Assembly (NCBI RefSeq): GCF_006345805.1
Contig: NC_043012.1
Span: 46,624,001-46,688,000 of the forward strand
DNA: 64,000 nt
Reading direction: 5' to 3'
DNA from: Octopus sinensis
Lineage: Eukaryota
How positions within the stretch are numbered: the stretch's first letter is position 1; each line of letters opens with the position of its first letter. The notes beneath the pieces were generated by a model, which was not told where the DNA came from, made no database searches, and saw only the letters and a program-made list of their open reading frames with translations. Made by a program: the position numbers and the translations under genes. Positions 1-11,919 of the stretch are shown in pieces.

Positions 1-98
1 TGTATGCGTGTATTTATTTATATATACATACATATACATACATACATATATATACACATATATATACGCACACACATATATATATATACAAACACACT

Positions 99-130
<32 letters not shown>

Positions 131-924
131 TATATACGCATATACATGCATACATATGTATGCATATGTATAGAGGGTGCTGATTAATATCTCGATATTA
201 AACGATTTTTTCCGCTTATCAAGGCATATTTGCTCATGATTGGCATCTTCAGCTAGATTTATCTCACCCTATTCATATGCAATACTTTCTTGCTCCGTAT
301 TATTAAATGTTGAGATATATAGCAGCGAGGTTAAAATAGCCTATTTGTATAAGCTAACTCCTGCTTATATCAGAGAAACGATCATAAATATAATGTCTTA
401 GTTTTATCATAACATGATTCTAGACATGATTGTTGTATTCATATAAATTACTATTATGTGACGGTTCCTGCTGCCGGTCAGCCGGTCAGCCGGTCAATGA
501 ACACGCCGATAGCTTATATACGGAATATAGCCAACCAGGCAATATAGCAAAATACGTTACATAATAACCCTCGACTTACGCTCAGTCGAAAATTCAATTC
601 TAATAAATGTTTTACCTTGATAGGTTAATACATATATGTATTGTAATCATAACTGTGATTTCAGCGTTTATGCGCTAAAATATATGGAAAATACAAATGG
701 TTGTTTGCATTGCCTTATGTTTAGCTTGCACACGGAGAATTGTTTTTAAAAACTACCAGGTCAGCGGTTTTGTCATAATACATAAACCTGACTAGCGTAT
801 CTATGAAACATTACCTCTTTCTCTAATCAATATGCGTGAGTTTACATTTCTAGATAAAGGTGGGTACACATACGCACACAAACACACACACACACACATA
901 CACACACAAAGACCCACGCGCACG

Positions 925-965
<41 letters not shown>

Positions 966-1815
966 TGTATATTGCATGTGTAATAAGAAGCAAAGTAAAA
1001 CGTCAAGACACATCCCCTTGCATCTTCACTGAGACTGAGGTGAATCGTTCAATTATTGATTTATTTGTACCTCACGGCAATCCAGTGTATTGAAGATCTT
1101 TGGTTTTGTTTTTCGAATTTTGTTTTTGTTGTTGTTTTTCGAAAAACTTCCTATCCTACATTTTGTAGAAGAACAAAACATAACATACACAAGTTGAAAA
1201 CAAAGAATAAAAAATAAGCGCAACGAATGTGAGATCTTTTGTAAAATACTCGAAAAGAAGATTTCCAACAAGTTGCAGATAACCTATTAAAATATATTAA
1301 ACTGATTTTCAAGACAATGGTAAAATATCAAAATAACAGTTCAAGGATCAATTTCAAAATTTATGGAAAAAGAAATTTCATGAAAAGCATTGAAGTCTAT
1401 TCTGGATTATAAAAAAATAATTGTGAACAATTAACTGAATCTCTTGAACTGAATTATTGTCTTAGATTGACATTTCATTCAAGAAACTATAAGATCATAT
1501 TTTTTTTTTATTTCAATGATTTATAAATCTGCACTGTATACTGTGGGTTATATGAAATATGATGACCATCGACGCTAGAAACATATCGATTCCGATGTCG
1601 ATTTTGACGTACGATTTATCTACTTCGTCCATCCACAATATAACTATTCATTGATTTGTCAGTGATTGAATATTCCATTAAGTATGAAAATGTAAGCAGA
1701 ATGCTTAAAACATTCCTAATTCAGAAACCAAGTGGCACAAGTGATTGCTGATATATCAACTATTGTTAATCAGTCTGTTTCCCACAGAGGATGACTTTTC
1801 ACGTACGTAATAAAG

Positions 1816-2420
1816 TACAAGGGTTGTACCCAAAATAAACGGGAAGTTTGTAATATTATTTTATTCACTTAATTTCACATGTTTACATTTTTATCGCTTT
1901 CAAACTATTCTCCATTTGAAGCAATGCATCGGTTCAGACGCGTGTTCCGTGCTTAGAAGCAGTCATAGAACTCTTGCAAAGTGATGCCTTTTAACGCCTC
2001 CATCGATTTTTTTTCACTTCTTCCACATCTTCAAAATATTTTTCTTCCAGGAAATTTTTCATTCGGGAGGCAAAAAAAATTGCAGAGAGCAAGATTGAGT
2101 AAACAGGGATGGTGGACAAACAGGGTCATCACATAAGGCAGTGTGCGAAGGTACATTGTTGTGATGAAGCCACCACTCACCACCAGGCCACTGGTCGGAG
2201 CGGTTTCGTCCCGCCACGTCTCGCAAACGCTTCTGAACTACCAAGCAAAATGTCTAGTTAACAGATTTACCAGATGTAACAAATACTGTGGGGACAATTC
2301 CTTTCGCAACGATGATACAAATCAACATCGTCTTGGCATTGGACTTCATATGACGCACTTTGGGGTGGGGTGGGGGGCTTGGTGACAGTCATTGCTTCCG
2401 TTGACTTGATTGCTGCTTCG
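1816..2420 (-). mobile_element. mariner transposase relic (3' part)
   Basis: TIR-like TACAAGGGTTGTACCCAAAATAAACGGGA at 1816. The minus strand gives WWLHHNNVPSHTAL (cf. mariner HHDNAPAH), followed by a frameshifted HPPYSPDL/DFFL-like segment. Confidence 0.7.
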
Positions 2421-2452
2421 TTTCCGCGTACACAGACACAAAGAAACTCACT

Positions 2453-2494
<42 letters not shown>

Positions 2495-3703
2495 CGCATA
2501 TATTCACAGTTTTTATTGTAAGTATTTACATGTTCGAGATTGCTTATTCAATTTATCTTAAAACTATAGAGCTCCAAACATAATGAGACCCTCGAAGTCT
2601 CCTTATAGGGATCCAGTTCTTCTGTATATTTGTGCGTGTGCATCTCTGTGTCTTTGTGCGTGTGTGTGTGTGTGTGTGTGTGTGCACCTATACGTGTATA
2701 GGAGTGTGTACATCTACGTATATACACACGTAGAAACATATACTTCATGCATGAATAAATACGTAGTTGCTGGCCAACAGCTATAATTTATGACAACCTT
2801 TTTCGCTACCCTCGTCTTACGGAAGTTGAAGCCCTGCCTCACTGTCAGGGACTTCACGAACAGAAATAAATCTCTATTCTCAAGCATAACGGTGCTTGAA
2901 CAGAGGCGGCAGATTCATGACCCAATACAACACCCTCCGTGCACCCTCAAACATGCGGAAGTTATAGAGACATGTATTCTACAATCTCTGACTCAACTGC
3001 TGTTACGATTACTGCAATACAAGGTCCACTGTCGGTTCATATTTTCTTTGAAATCCATGCTTTAAATGCTCAGAATCTAATAGGAAACAGAAGGCCATGC
3101 ACATTAACTTTGACAGTGAATAATACTGGTGCAATGCAAAGGTCACTCTAAATATTTAATGCCATAAATCTAGCCACAAGATGTAAGATAATAAACACTA
3201 CAAAAATCTCATGCATGTTTTATCCAAGAGTATCCTTCATTGGTATATATTTTAGAAATGCATATGCAAGTCCACACGCGCACACTCTCTCACACATATA
3301 CTCACGAATATATATATATGCCGATTTATACATTTTGAATAGGCTTTCATTTGCTAATGTTACCTACCATTTCACATTTTTCCCCTTTCATTCTGTACTA
3401 TATCCATAGATCACTTTCTTCATAGGTATTATTGCGGTAGTTGCCAATGTAATTTTACCGTAAATTTGAGAATAATCATTAATATTAATATAATATAAAA
3501 TATTAATATAAAATTTGAAGCAGATATATGTCTTTTTATAGAATAGTGTTCGAACATGCAGTATCAATAGAATAAAAAATATAGAAATAAGTGAAATATT
3601 AAATGCATAGCCATACTTGGGCACCGCCTTGAAGAATGTGTAGGCGAATGAATTGATCACTCTTTCTCTCTCTCTCTCACACATACATACATACATACAT
3701 ATA

Positions 3704-3739
<36 letters not shown>

Positions 3740-3790
3740 CAAACATACATATATATATATGCGTGTGTGTGTGTGTTTATGTGTGTGTAT

Positions 3791-4028
3791 TCTCTCTGTA
3801 TTCTTTTATTCTTTTACGTGTTCAGTCATTTGACTACAGCCAAGCTAAAGCAGCGCCTTTAGTCGAACAAATCGACCCCAGAACTTATTCCTTGTAAGAC
3901 CAGAAATTATTCTACCGGTCTCTTTTGCCGAACCGCTAGCTTACGTGAACGTAAACACACCAACATCAAGCGAAGGTGGGTCTAACAAAAATAGACACAA
4001 ACATATCTATATCTATATCTATCTATCA

Positions 4029-4121
<93 letters not shown>

Positions 4122-4144
4122 TTTCTCTGTCTCTCTGTCTGTCC

Positions 4145-4194
<50 letters not shown>

Positions 4195-4369
4195 ATATAA
4201 TATATATATACGATGGGCTTCTTTCAGTTTACATCTACCAAATCCCCTCACACAGCTTTGTTCGGCCCGAGGCTACAGTAGGAGGCACTTGCCGAAGGTG
4301 TCACGCAGTGGGACTGAATACAGAGCAATATTGCTCGGAATCAAGCTTCTTATCACACAGCCACGCCTA
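3791..4369 (-). mobile_element. tRNA-derived SINE family A, full-length copy with internal (TATC)n(TC)n(TA)n tract
   Basis: Same sequence blocks as the copies at 13973-14360, 31203-31637 and 48740-49120. Minus-strand box A (TGGCTGTGTGA) and box B-like (TTCAGTCCC) lie near 4310-4365. Confidence 0.9.
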
Positions 4370-5279
4370 GGAAAATGAGTTGGAAACAGTCAGAAAAGTT
4401 AAGGAATGCAACGGAATAAATACGCACTTGTATAATCTCTATTAAATTAATGCAGTCAGCTCTATTTATTAATATGTTAACTGATATCTTTTATTATATA
4501 CGGTAAACTGTGTCACTCCCATCCATGAAAATACAAAATATTTCTCTCAGTATCCAATTAAATATCCCCTGTTGAAAAGTATTATCCTTTAAGGGAGGAG
4601 ATTACAACTATTCTTAGATGTTAAATCCAGATAATCCGTCTTAAAGTAAACAATACTGTTAGTTTACGAAGATCCGGAATCACCTCGTAGCATATTATAA
4701 ATATAGATGCTCATTAAACTATATTGCTTCATTGAAGAGATTACGATATACTCTTGAGCTAATACTGCATATCCTGTCGGTTGGTATCTGCTATAACAAT
4801 GCGCGAATATAAACAAACCTAGTGGCAACATAAGCTGTATCGTGATTGTGATGAAATTAAACTTTTGTTATTAAGTTCCATTGTTTTAGTTTCTAGGCTG
4901 AGATCACGCAGCAGTTCATTCTGCCTCTATTTGTTCCAGTGTTAAAAAGATAACAATGGTTATTAAGTACCGTTGCGACTATATATACTTTCACCCGCAA
5001 ACAGCCAGAAAGGGGTTTCTTAGCAGATTCGTTAGAATATCTGACGAAATATTTTCCAGTAATAATTTAAGCCTATTTTTTGATACCAGTTGTTATAGAT
5101 GTCCATGTTGCATTTCATCAATTGGACATCGATAAAATATAATATCGGTCATATACAGAGGCTAATGAAATGAACTAAAATTGCTCCACCTCTCCAAATA
5201 CCTGGCATTGTGCCTAAATCGGAAAAATCACATTGTTGGTGCTGTTGCTTTTATTAGTGTTTTGGGTGTTGTTGTTATT

Positions 5280-5500
5280 GGTGATGATTTTGTTTCTAAT
5301 TCAGGCACGGTGTAGTCAATTTTGAAACAATGGCAATGGTTTATGTACGACTCCTGTACTTTACGGCTGCTTTATTTTATCGACGTGTCTAGGGATAAAA
5401 TTCAAAGACGATTGACCTCGACGGGATTTTGATTCTGGACGCAAAGACCCGGAAGATACACAGCAAAACATTTTGTTCTGCATCGTATCAGGTCTGCCAA
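5280..5500 (-). mobile_element. SINE family B, degenerate copy
   Basis: Reverse-complement similarity to 7422-7605 (ttttatcgac...gacctcgacgggattt...). Confidence 0.6.
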
Positions 5501-5599
5501 TGTGCTGTAGAAAATGTAATAACTATTACCATTTTTATCTTGAGTTACTTTTATCTTGAGTTACTTTATCTTTGAGTTACTTCCTTCCATCACGTATCG

Positions 5600-7270
5600 T
5601 CGGTTTGGAAACCACAATCCTCAGATTAATCAACCTAGAAGATGTTTATCTGTATTGTATGAATTTTTCCTAGTAGGGTTTTTTTAGTTCTCGTAAGGTA
5701 ATGTTTTCCATTTCTTTTCATTTTCTTTTATCCTAGTACTTTGATTACCGCTGTCTTGGTTTGTGTGGACATGTCTCATCATGTCAATCGCTCAGTCTCT
5801 AGGTTTTATCTACAAACAATTATACTATGAATTTAATTGAGATGTCACGGTCTGCTGGTAATGTCATAGCAATCAGCATGCATGTTTTATTGCAGACATT
5901 AATTATTATGTCCAGTTTCTTTGCTCTCATTTCTGTTTCTGTCAGAAGTGTTATGTCTCACAGGATAATAAAAGTATCATTTTTAGCAGCTGTTTCTCGT
6001 TTGGGGACGATATGGCCATTGATTTTTCTAAAGTTTCCAAGTATGCTACTCATTTTGCACGCGCATATTGTCCTGATGTTGTCCTTCCTTAAATTCGAAG
6101 TCTCTTTTCTCTGATTTTCTACGTAATCGAATATTTCACGTTTCTGCATATCGAGAATACTTTGTTCCAGTCAAATATCTATCGGCACCTTAGTTGGTTG
6201 TTTAGGCGTTGCACTCAGAGCGAGCAGAATTTCCTACAAGTACAATTTCAACACTTATGTTCATAATCCCATCATTTTTCTGCTAGGTCCTTATATTTTT
6301 TCAGTTTTCCCTCTTTCTATAATATCGACTGTATGTTTGTTATTTGTAAATTCACTGATTATGTATCAATTGCTTTCTGATTGCACGATTCATATCTTGT
6401 TTCTGTACTTGAATAGTAAGAGCACGCTCTACAAAGAAACCCCATGAAATCCTATAATTGTTATTATTAACCATGAGAGACATTTTCACTTTACCACCAA
6501 TTTTTAGATCAGAACTACATAAACCTAGTTAGCATCACACTGATTCCTTTCACCGACACAATTATGTATGAGTGTCTACTTTTATTGTGCTTAAATTATT
6601 GCTCCCGTGTAGAAGTCAGTAAATAATTTCATCGAATTTTCTAAATATATTTCATTTACTGTCTGAAATTATTAACTGTAGTCATCATGCCTTGTAATTA
6701 AACGGTTATAATTTGTGTGTCTTGCTTCAAGATCCCATCACTCAGCTAAAATGATTGCTCTTCGTTTCCACTCCCAGTGGCTCTTCCAGAATTTCGTCAT
6801 TTAAGTTTTCTATGTCCATCTAATAGGCTTACTGGACTTTCCTTCCTTGTAATGCTTCACTTTCACAGAACATCGGTATTTGTAGCCACAGATAATAATC
6901 TTACCTCGCTATGCACACCTTATTGGCACATAGATCCTATCCATTTACTTTTAGTAGTACGCATTATTTAGTGCCAACAGCTTTCAAATTCGTTGAAACG
7001 TTTCCTGTAGCCCCGTCATTACCCATCATAATAAACAAAGAGCTGGTTATGTCCTACGTATTTATTGCCTTGACCATGTACCTTCCGTTAGATTTATTCC
7101 AAGCCCCTTCTTAAACTGTCCCTTGTATTCTTTGAAGATTTTCTTATTTCCCTTTGCATCACTGTATCAGTCTGCAGAACCTAAGTTTCTTGTATCATTC
7201 ATTGTTTTCGTTTCAGTCATCTGATACTGCTAAATCGACAATTTTATCTCATATGATTAAATGATTTTGC
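5600..7270 (-). mobile_element. R4/Dong-like RLE non-LTR retrotransposon remnant (RT C-terminus to RLE)
   Basis: Minus-strand pieces NGRYMVKAINT and AAKNDTFIIL*DITLLTETEMRAKKLDIIINVCNKTCMLIAMTLPADRDISIK resemble the ILWD..QTD....RPDI..D..VP RLE region. Many stops and frameshifts. Confidence 0.75.
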
Positions 7271-7312
7271 ACTCTCTGGAAAACTAATACGAAGCATGAA
7301 TACACACGAACC

Positions 7313-7313
<1 letters not shown>

Positions 7314-7362
<49 letters not shown>

Positions 7363-7368
7363 CCATCA

Positions 7369-7421
<53 letters not shown>
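7314..7421. repeat. (TCA)n(TTA)n microsatellite
   Basis: Directly visible. Confidence 0.98.
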
Positions 7422-7423
<2 letters not shown>

Positions 7424-7620
7424 GACGGTGTGCTAGCGGAATCGTTAGAACGCCGGGCAAAATGCTTAAGCGGTGTGCCGAGGTCGAGTTGCTTTTCATC
7501 CTTTCGGGGTCAATAAATTAAGTACCATTTGCGTACTAGCATCGATGTATTGACTGGTCCCCTCCCCAGAAAATCCAGGCCTTGTGCCTATAGTAGAAAG
7601 GATTGTTATTATTATTATTT
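7422..7620 (+). mobile_element. tRNA-derived SINE family B with (TTA)n tail
   Basis: aagacggtgtgctagcggaatcgttag...gccgaggtcgag...ggccttgtgcctatagtagaaaggatt then a TTA tail. Also present at 26891, 27155, 61510 and elsewhere. Confidence 0.85.
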
Positions 7621-7639
7621 GCACTACACCTCTGTAGTT

Positions 7640-8292
7640 TTATAGAAAACTGAATGCCCAAAGCTACATTTTGAGTGAAATGTTGATTTTAGTATTTTTG
7701 TCATAATGAGTGCATAATTGTTATGCATTGCCATCTAATATTAGTTTATATATGATGCATTTTGTATAATCTCTGAGCCTTAGATTTACAATTGTCTCCA
7801 TCAATAATTCTGAGTATTATCCCAAGACAATTATTATTTTCTGAATTGTTTCTATGTTCAATAATCATATATAATTTAAATATTTATGGATTTCTATATT
7901 TCTATGTTTATAGCTCTCAAAGTTTTTCGGTCTTTCTCAGAGATACGCTCTCATTCATTGCATTTAATACGTCAATTATGAAAGTTTCTGTCGACATTTA
8001 AGAAGCATCTAAATTTAGTTTAATATCTTCTCTATTGTATGTACTCGCATATCCTTCTGAATTGCTCAAATAAATTCGTTATTTATATTGTTCTCTATTC
8101 TATCTCCTTACCACTATAGTAACATGTTATCTCTGTTATGTAACGTCAACTCAACTACCTTAGTTTCATGAAACTGATTATGAACTTACTTGATATTATC
8201 ATAATAGTGCTCACTGAAGAACGACTGAGAAACTTGCAATAGTTATGTAAGACTGTTGAGCTTAGCCTTAGTGGTCGAAAACCTGTAGCAAA
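7640..8292. mobile_element. highly degraded Penelope-like remnant with hammerhead-like relic
   Basis: Minus-strand NLFEQFRRICEY resembles the PLE thumb RRIC motif. On the plus strand, CTGAAGA..GAC...GTCGAAAACCTGTA at about 8214-8287. Confidence 0.35.
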
Positions 8293-8295
8293 CGG

Positions 8296-8385
8296 CAGCA
8301 ACAACAGCGGTACCAGCAGCAGCAGCAACAGCAGCAGAGACAGCAACAGCAGCAGAGACAGCACCAGCGGTAGTAGTAGTAGTAT

Positions 8386-8430
<45 letters not shown>

Positions 8431-8620
8431 CAGCAGCAGTAGTAGTAGTAGTAGCTGCAGCAGCAGCAGTAGTAGTAGTAGTAGTAGTAGTAGTAATAGT
8501 AGCAGCAGCAGCAGCAGCAGTAGTAGTAGCAGCAGCAGCAGTAGCAGTAGTAGTAGCAGCAGCAGCAGCAGCAGTAGTAGTAGCAGCAGCAGCAGTAGTA
8601 GTAGTAGTAGTAGTAGTAGT

Positions 8621-8651
<31 letters not shown>

Positions 8652-8672
8652 CAGTAGCAGTAGTAGTAGTAG
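8296..8672. repeat. compound (CAG)n/(TAG)n trinucleotide microsatellite
   Basis: Directly visible. It explains the poly-L/Y/C ORFs. Confidence 0.98.
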
Positions 8673-11089
8673 TGTGAATGACATATTCTCTTTTATTTGG
8701 TTACCTCCATTTACTTCGTAACTTCGCATTCAACTAACATAAGATTTTTGCTACTTAATTCATTACAATAGAAATATCGACTCAATCGATATTCGTCATT
8801 CTGAAACTTTATACTCGTGTATCTATGTCAAATGTATGTGGTTTATTATTTTCGTTTTTGTCCTCTCGGTCGTTTTATTAACGTTAGTTATTGACCTTCA
8901 TAAAACTATAATACTATTTAGACATAGATCTTGAAATACATACTATAAAAGCAAAATTTGCATTTATATAGTTAGAAATAGTAAGTTGTTTATGTAAGGA
9001 AACGGCTTAGAGCATAAATTGTGAATGCGAAGGGTGGATTCCATCTATTTTATAAAGATCTAGTTAGATTTCCTTCACGTCCCTTGCTATTTGTTTTGTT
9101 TGCGCTCGTTTCTATAAAGTTATTCTTTTATTCTACAATACATTTCTATGTCAACGCTCACCTATTACACTAGTAATGCAAAAATATGAATAAACAAGAA
9201 GAATGTAAATAAACGAGTATAAATGTTTGTGTATTTATAATGACATTTTTTAGTAAATCCTAATTCTACGAAAGGGAATCTAAATTGGTTCACCTTTCTG
9301 TTTATCTTTTCTGCATTCCTAAAATGTAACATATTTACATGTGTCAAATATTTACATATTTTAACAGCAGTACCGCAGCATCGCTGCAGCTCTCGAGCTG
9401 CAACTAGTGAAAGGCTATACACTAATAAGCATAATTATTTTAAATACAAGATTCTCTGATCTTTGTCCAACATCCTTGAAATAGCTACCAGATACCGCGT
9501 CTCAAAAAAGAAGACATAATGGTCAAAGTAAACTGTAATACAGTATACAAAGAATATGATGGAGTTATCATAACTGCAATGTTTTTTCAGCACACGTGTG
9601 TCCTCTAGGTAAAAGTTAACATGAGGTTAAAATATAGCAATAGTAATGATTATCTGTTTAATTGCTTAAGATCAATATCAATAGGCTGCTGAAATTGTGA
9701 TGTTAATGAACCACCCAGTTTACTGTCTCGATGTCTATTACGTTTACATTCATAATGTACATAATACGCAGTAATGACGACGCATTTACTGCTGAACAAT
9801 AAACTGTCAAACAGTTTACGATGGAAATGGGAGATCTTTAAGAATTAGTATTGGTTATTTACTTACTCACATTTCATTGATAATTTTTTGAAGAAGATCT
9901 GCACATAAATAGCAACACATGCTCCTTATAAGAAATGCTTCCGGGGAAATGCAAACACTTGAAATATTTCTCTTACAAAATGTCGCAGTATACTATGACA
10001 CACATCAATTTATTACTATTAAATATATATCTTATTGTAATTATATTCTCTACATTCCAAGAAATCATAATCACAAATAACATGAGAACAAAAATGTATA
10101 TACCTCTCCGGGGTACTTTTGTTATGTCTCATACGTAACTGCTCTTGGAATAACTCTAACATGGATGCACCGAATGAACTGCGTCATAATATTCACGGTA
10201 AATACGTGTTTCTTATACAGAAATACAAGCATATATGCTCATATGAATGTGTATGAGCCTAGGTCTGCATAGACATATATTAACAAAATAATCATCGAAA
10301 GTCATCTCTTTAATTTAATTACATCCAGTAAATGGAACAAACATTCCTTGAGGCGAATGGATCCGTGTGATCAGAAATCACACCAATTATATATATTGCA
10401 GACTAGCTAAAGTTTCATTAAATATTATGATAATATGAGATATTGTAGTACTAAGTGTATTAGATAAATTCCATCAAGATATTTGAGTGTGCATTACGTA
10501 ATGTGTTGAGGATTTTATAAGATCAAAGGTTTGAATTATATACATTAACAAATGCCCCTGTATCCTTAATCAAATCGGAACGGTAAAAAAATATTAATAG
10601 TTTAGAAACAAAGAATATTAAAAATGATTCCTGAGAAGACACAGTAATCAATATAAAATCTCATTTTCCTTTGAAACAAAGTAAAATTCATATACGTAGC
10701 TTTGAATAGCTAAGGAGATAGGCAAACTACTGGAATTACAGTTACATTTTGTGTTGTTGATGATTTATGGGAATATAAAATCCATACAGTATATAGCTGG
10801 CGCGTTATTTAATCTGAAATCGAAAGACAGAAAAACAGTTGACTTGACTGGGATTTCAAATCAGAAAGTAAACAATGTTTGTGTAACTTTATTTAATAAC
10901 TAGATGGCATATTTCACCAGCGCCCTCTGCCATATTATCGGGTCGGTCAACAGGCTTTGCGTATAATTTAGTTAATCGAGGCCAGTTGTATATAACAGTG
11001 TCAATTGTTTCTCTCTTATACATATATGCATACATAGATTCATACATATTATATGTATAGATACATAGATGCATCTGTGGCAGGATTTC

Positions 11090-11225
11090 TCCTTTTTCTC
11101 TGATGAGTGGACTGGAGCAACGTCAAATGAAATGCTTTGCTCAAGGACGTCGCTCTGCCCAGAAATCGAAACCAAAATCTTACGATCACATGTGCAGCAT
11201 CCTAACCGCTAAGCTACGCGCCTCC
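11090..11225 (-). mobile_element. tRNA-derived SINE family C (5' part)
   Basis: Minus strand AGGCGCGTAGCTTAGCGGTTAG (box A) ... GTTTCGATTTC (box B), then gtccttgagcaaagcatttc. A related copy lies at about 25335-25560. Confidence 0.7.
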
Positions 11226-11342
11226 ATATATCATATACTCACATACATATATACACACACGAACAAACACACACATATACACTTACACACGCATATATAC
11301 ATATTCATATATAAATATAAAGAAAACACAAATGGGAATTTA

Positions 11343-11562
11343 AATTTACAACAGCTGTTTCGATAAATTTTATTGATGCATACATATATTCCATCGTTTT
11401 CAGGTAGAATTTCAGACAGATATCAAAAGGGTGATATGATATGATTGTATATCGATCGTGATGAATCGAAACAACATTGTTGGATAAGAGTTATCGTATA
11501 TGATATGATGTAATCTAGGAATACATCAATAAAATTAAACCGAATCAGCTATCGTAAAATTT
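11343..11562. repeat. degenerate inverted repeat, Penelope-terminus-like
   Basis: aatttacaacagctgtttcgataaattttattgatgcat pairs with atacatcaataaaattaaaccgaatcagctatcgtaaaatt. Confidence 0.6.
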
Positions 11563-11797
11563 GAACCTAATTTATTCTCTCTTTTTATATCTATACTACA
11601 CCTAGGATGCATCTATGGTTTAAATTGTATTTGGTAGTTACATATCTACAGTATCCTGCCAACACTTAATACCTTCAATAATTGTTTACACCTCTGTGAA
11701 ATTTATGATTTTGTACCTAGCCATATTGACACCCTATAAGTCTAGATTCTACTGAAGACTATAGCTAAATATATACACACACACGCACTCACATATG

Positions 11798-11880
<83 letters not shown>

Positions 11881-11883
<3 letters not shown>

Positions 11884-11919
11884 CGCAGGAGTGGCTGTGT
11901 GGTAAGTAGCTTGCTAACC
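11881..11919 (+). mobile_element. SINE family A 5' head (box A), separated from its body by an insertion
   Basis: AGGCGCAGGAGTGGCTGTGTGGTAAGTAGCTTGCTAACC. The SINE resumes at 13973. Confidence 0.92.

Noticed and set aside
8155-8729. Poly-Leu/Tyr/Cys ORFs resembling signal peptides or metallothionein
   Set aside because: The region is a trinucleotide microsatellite.
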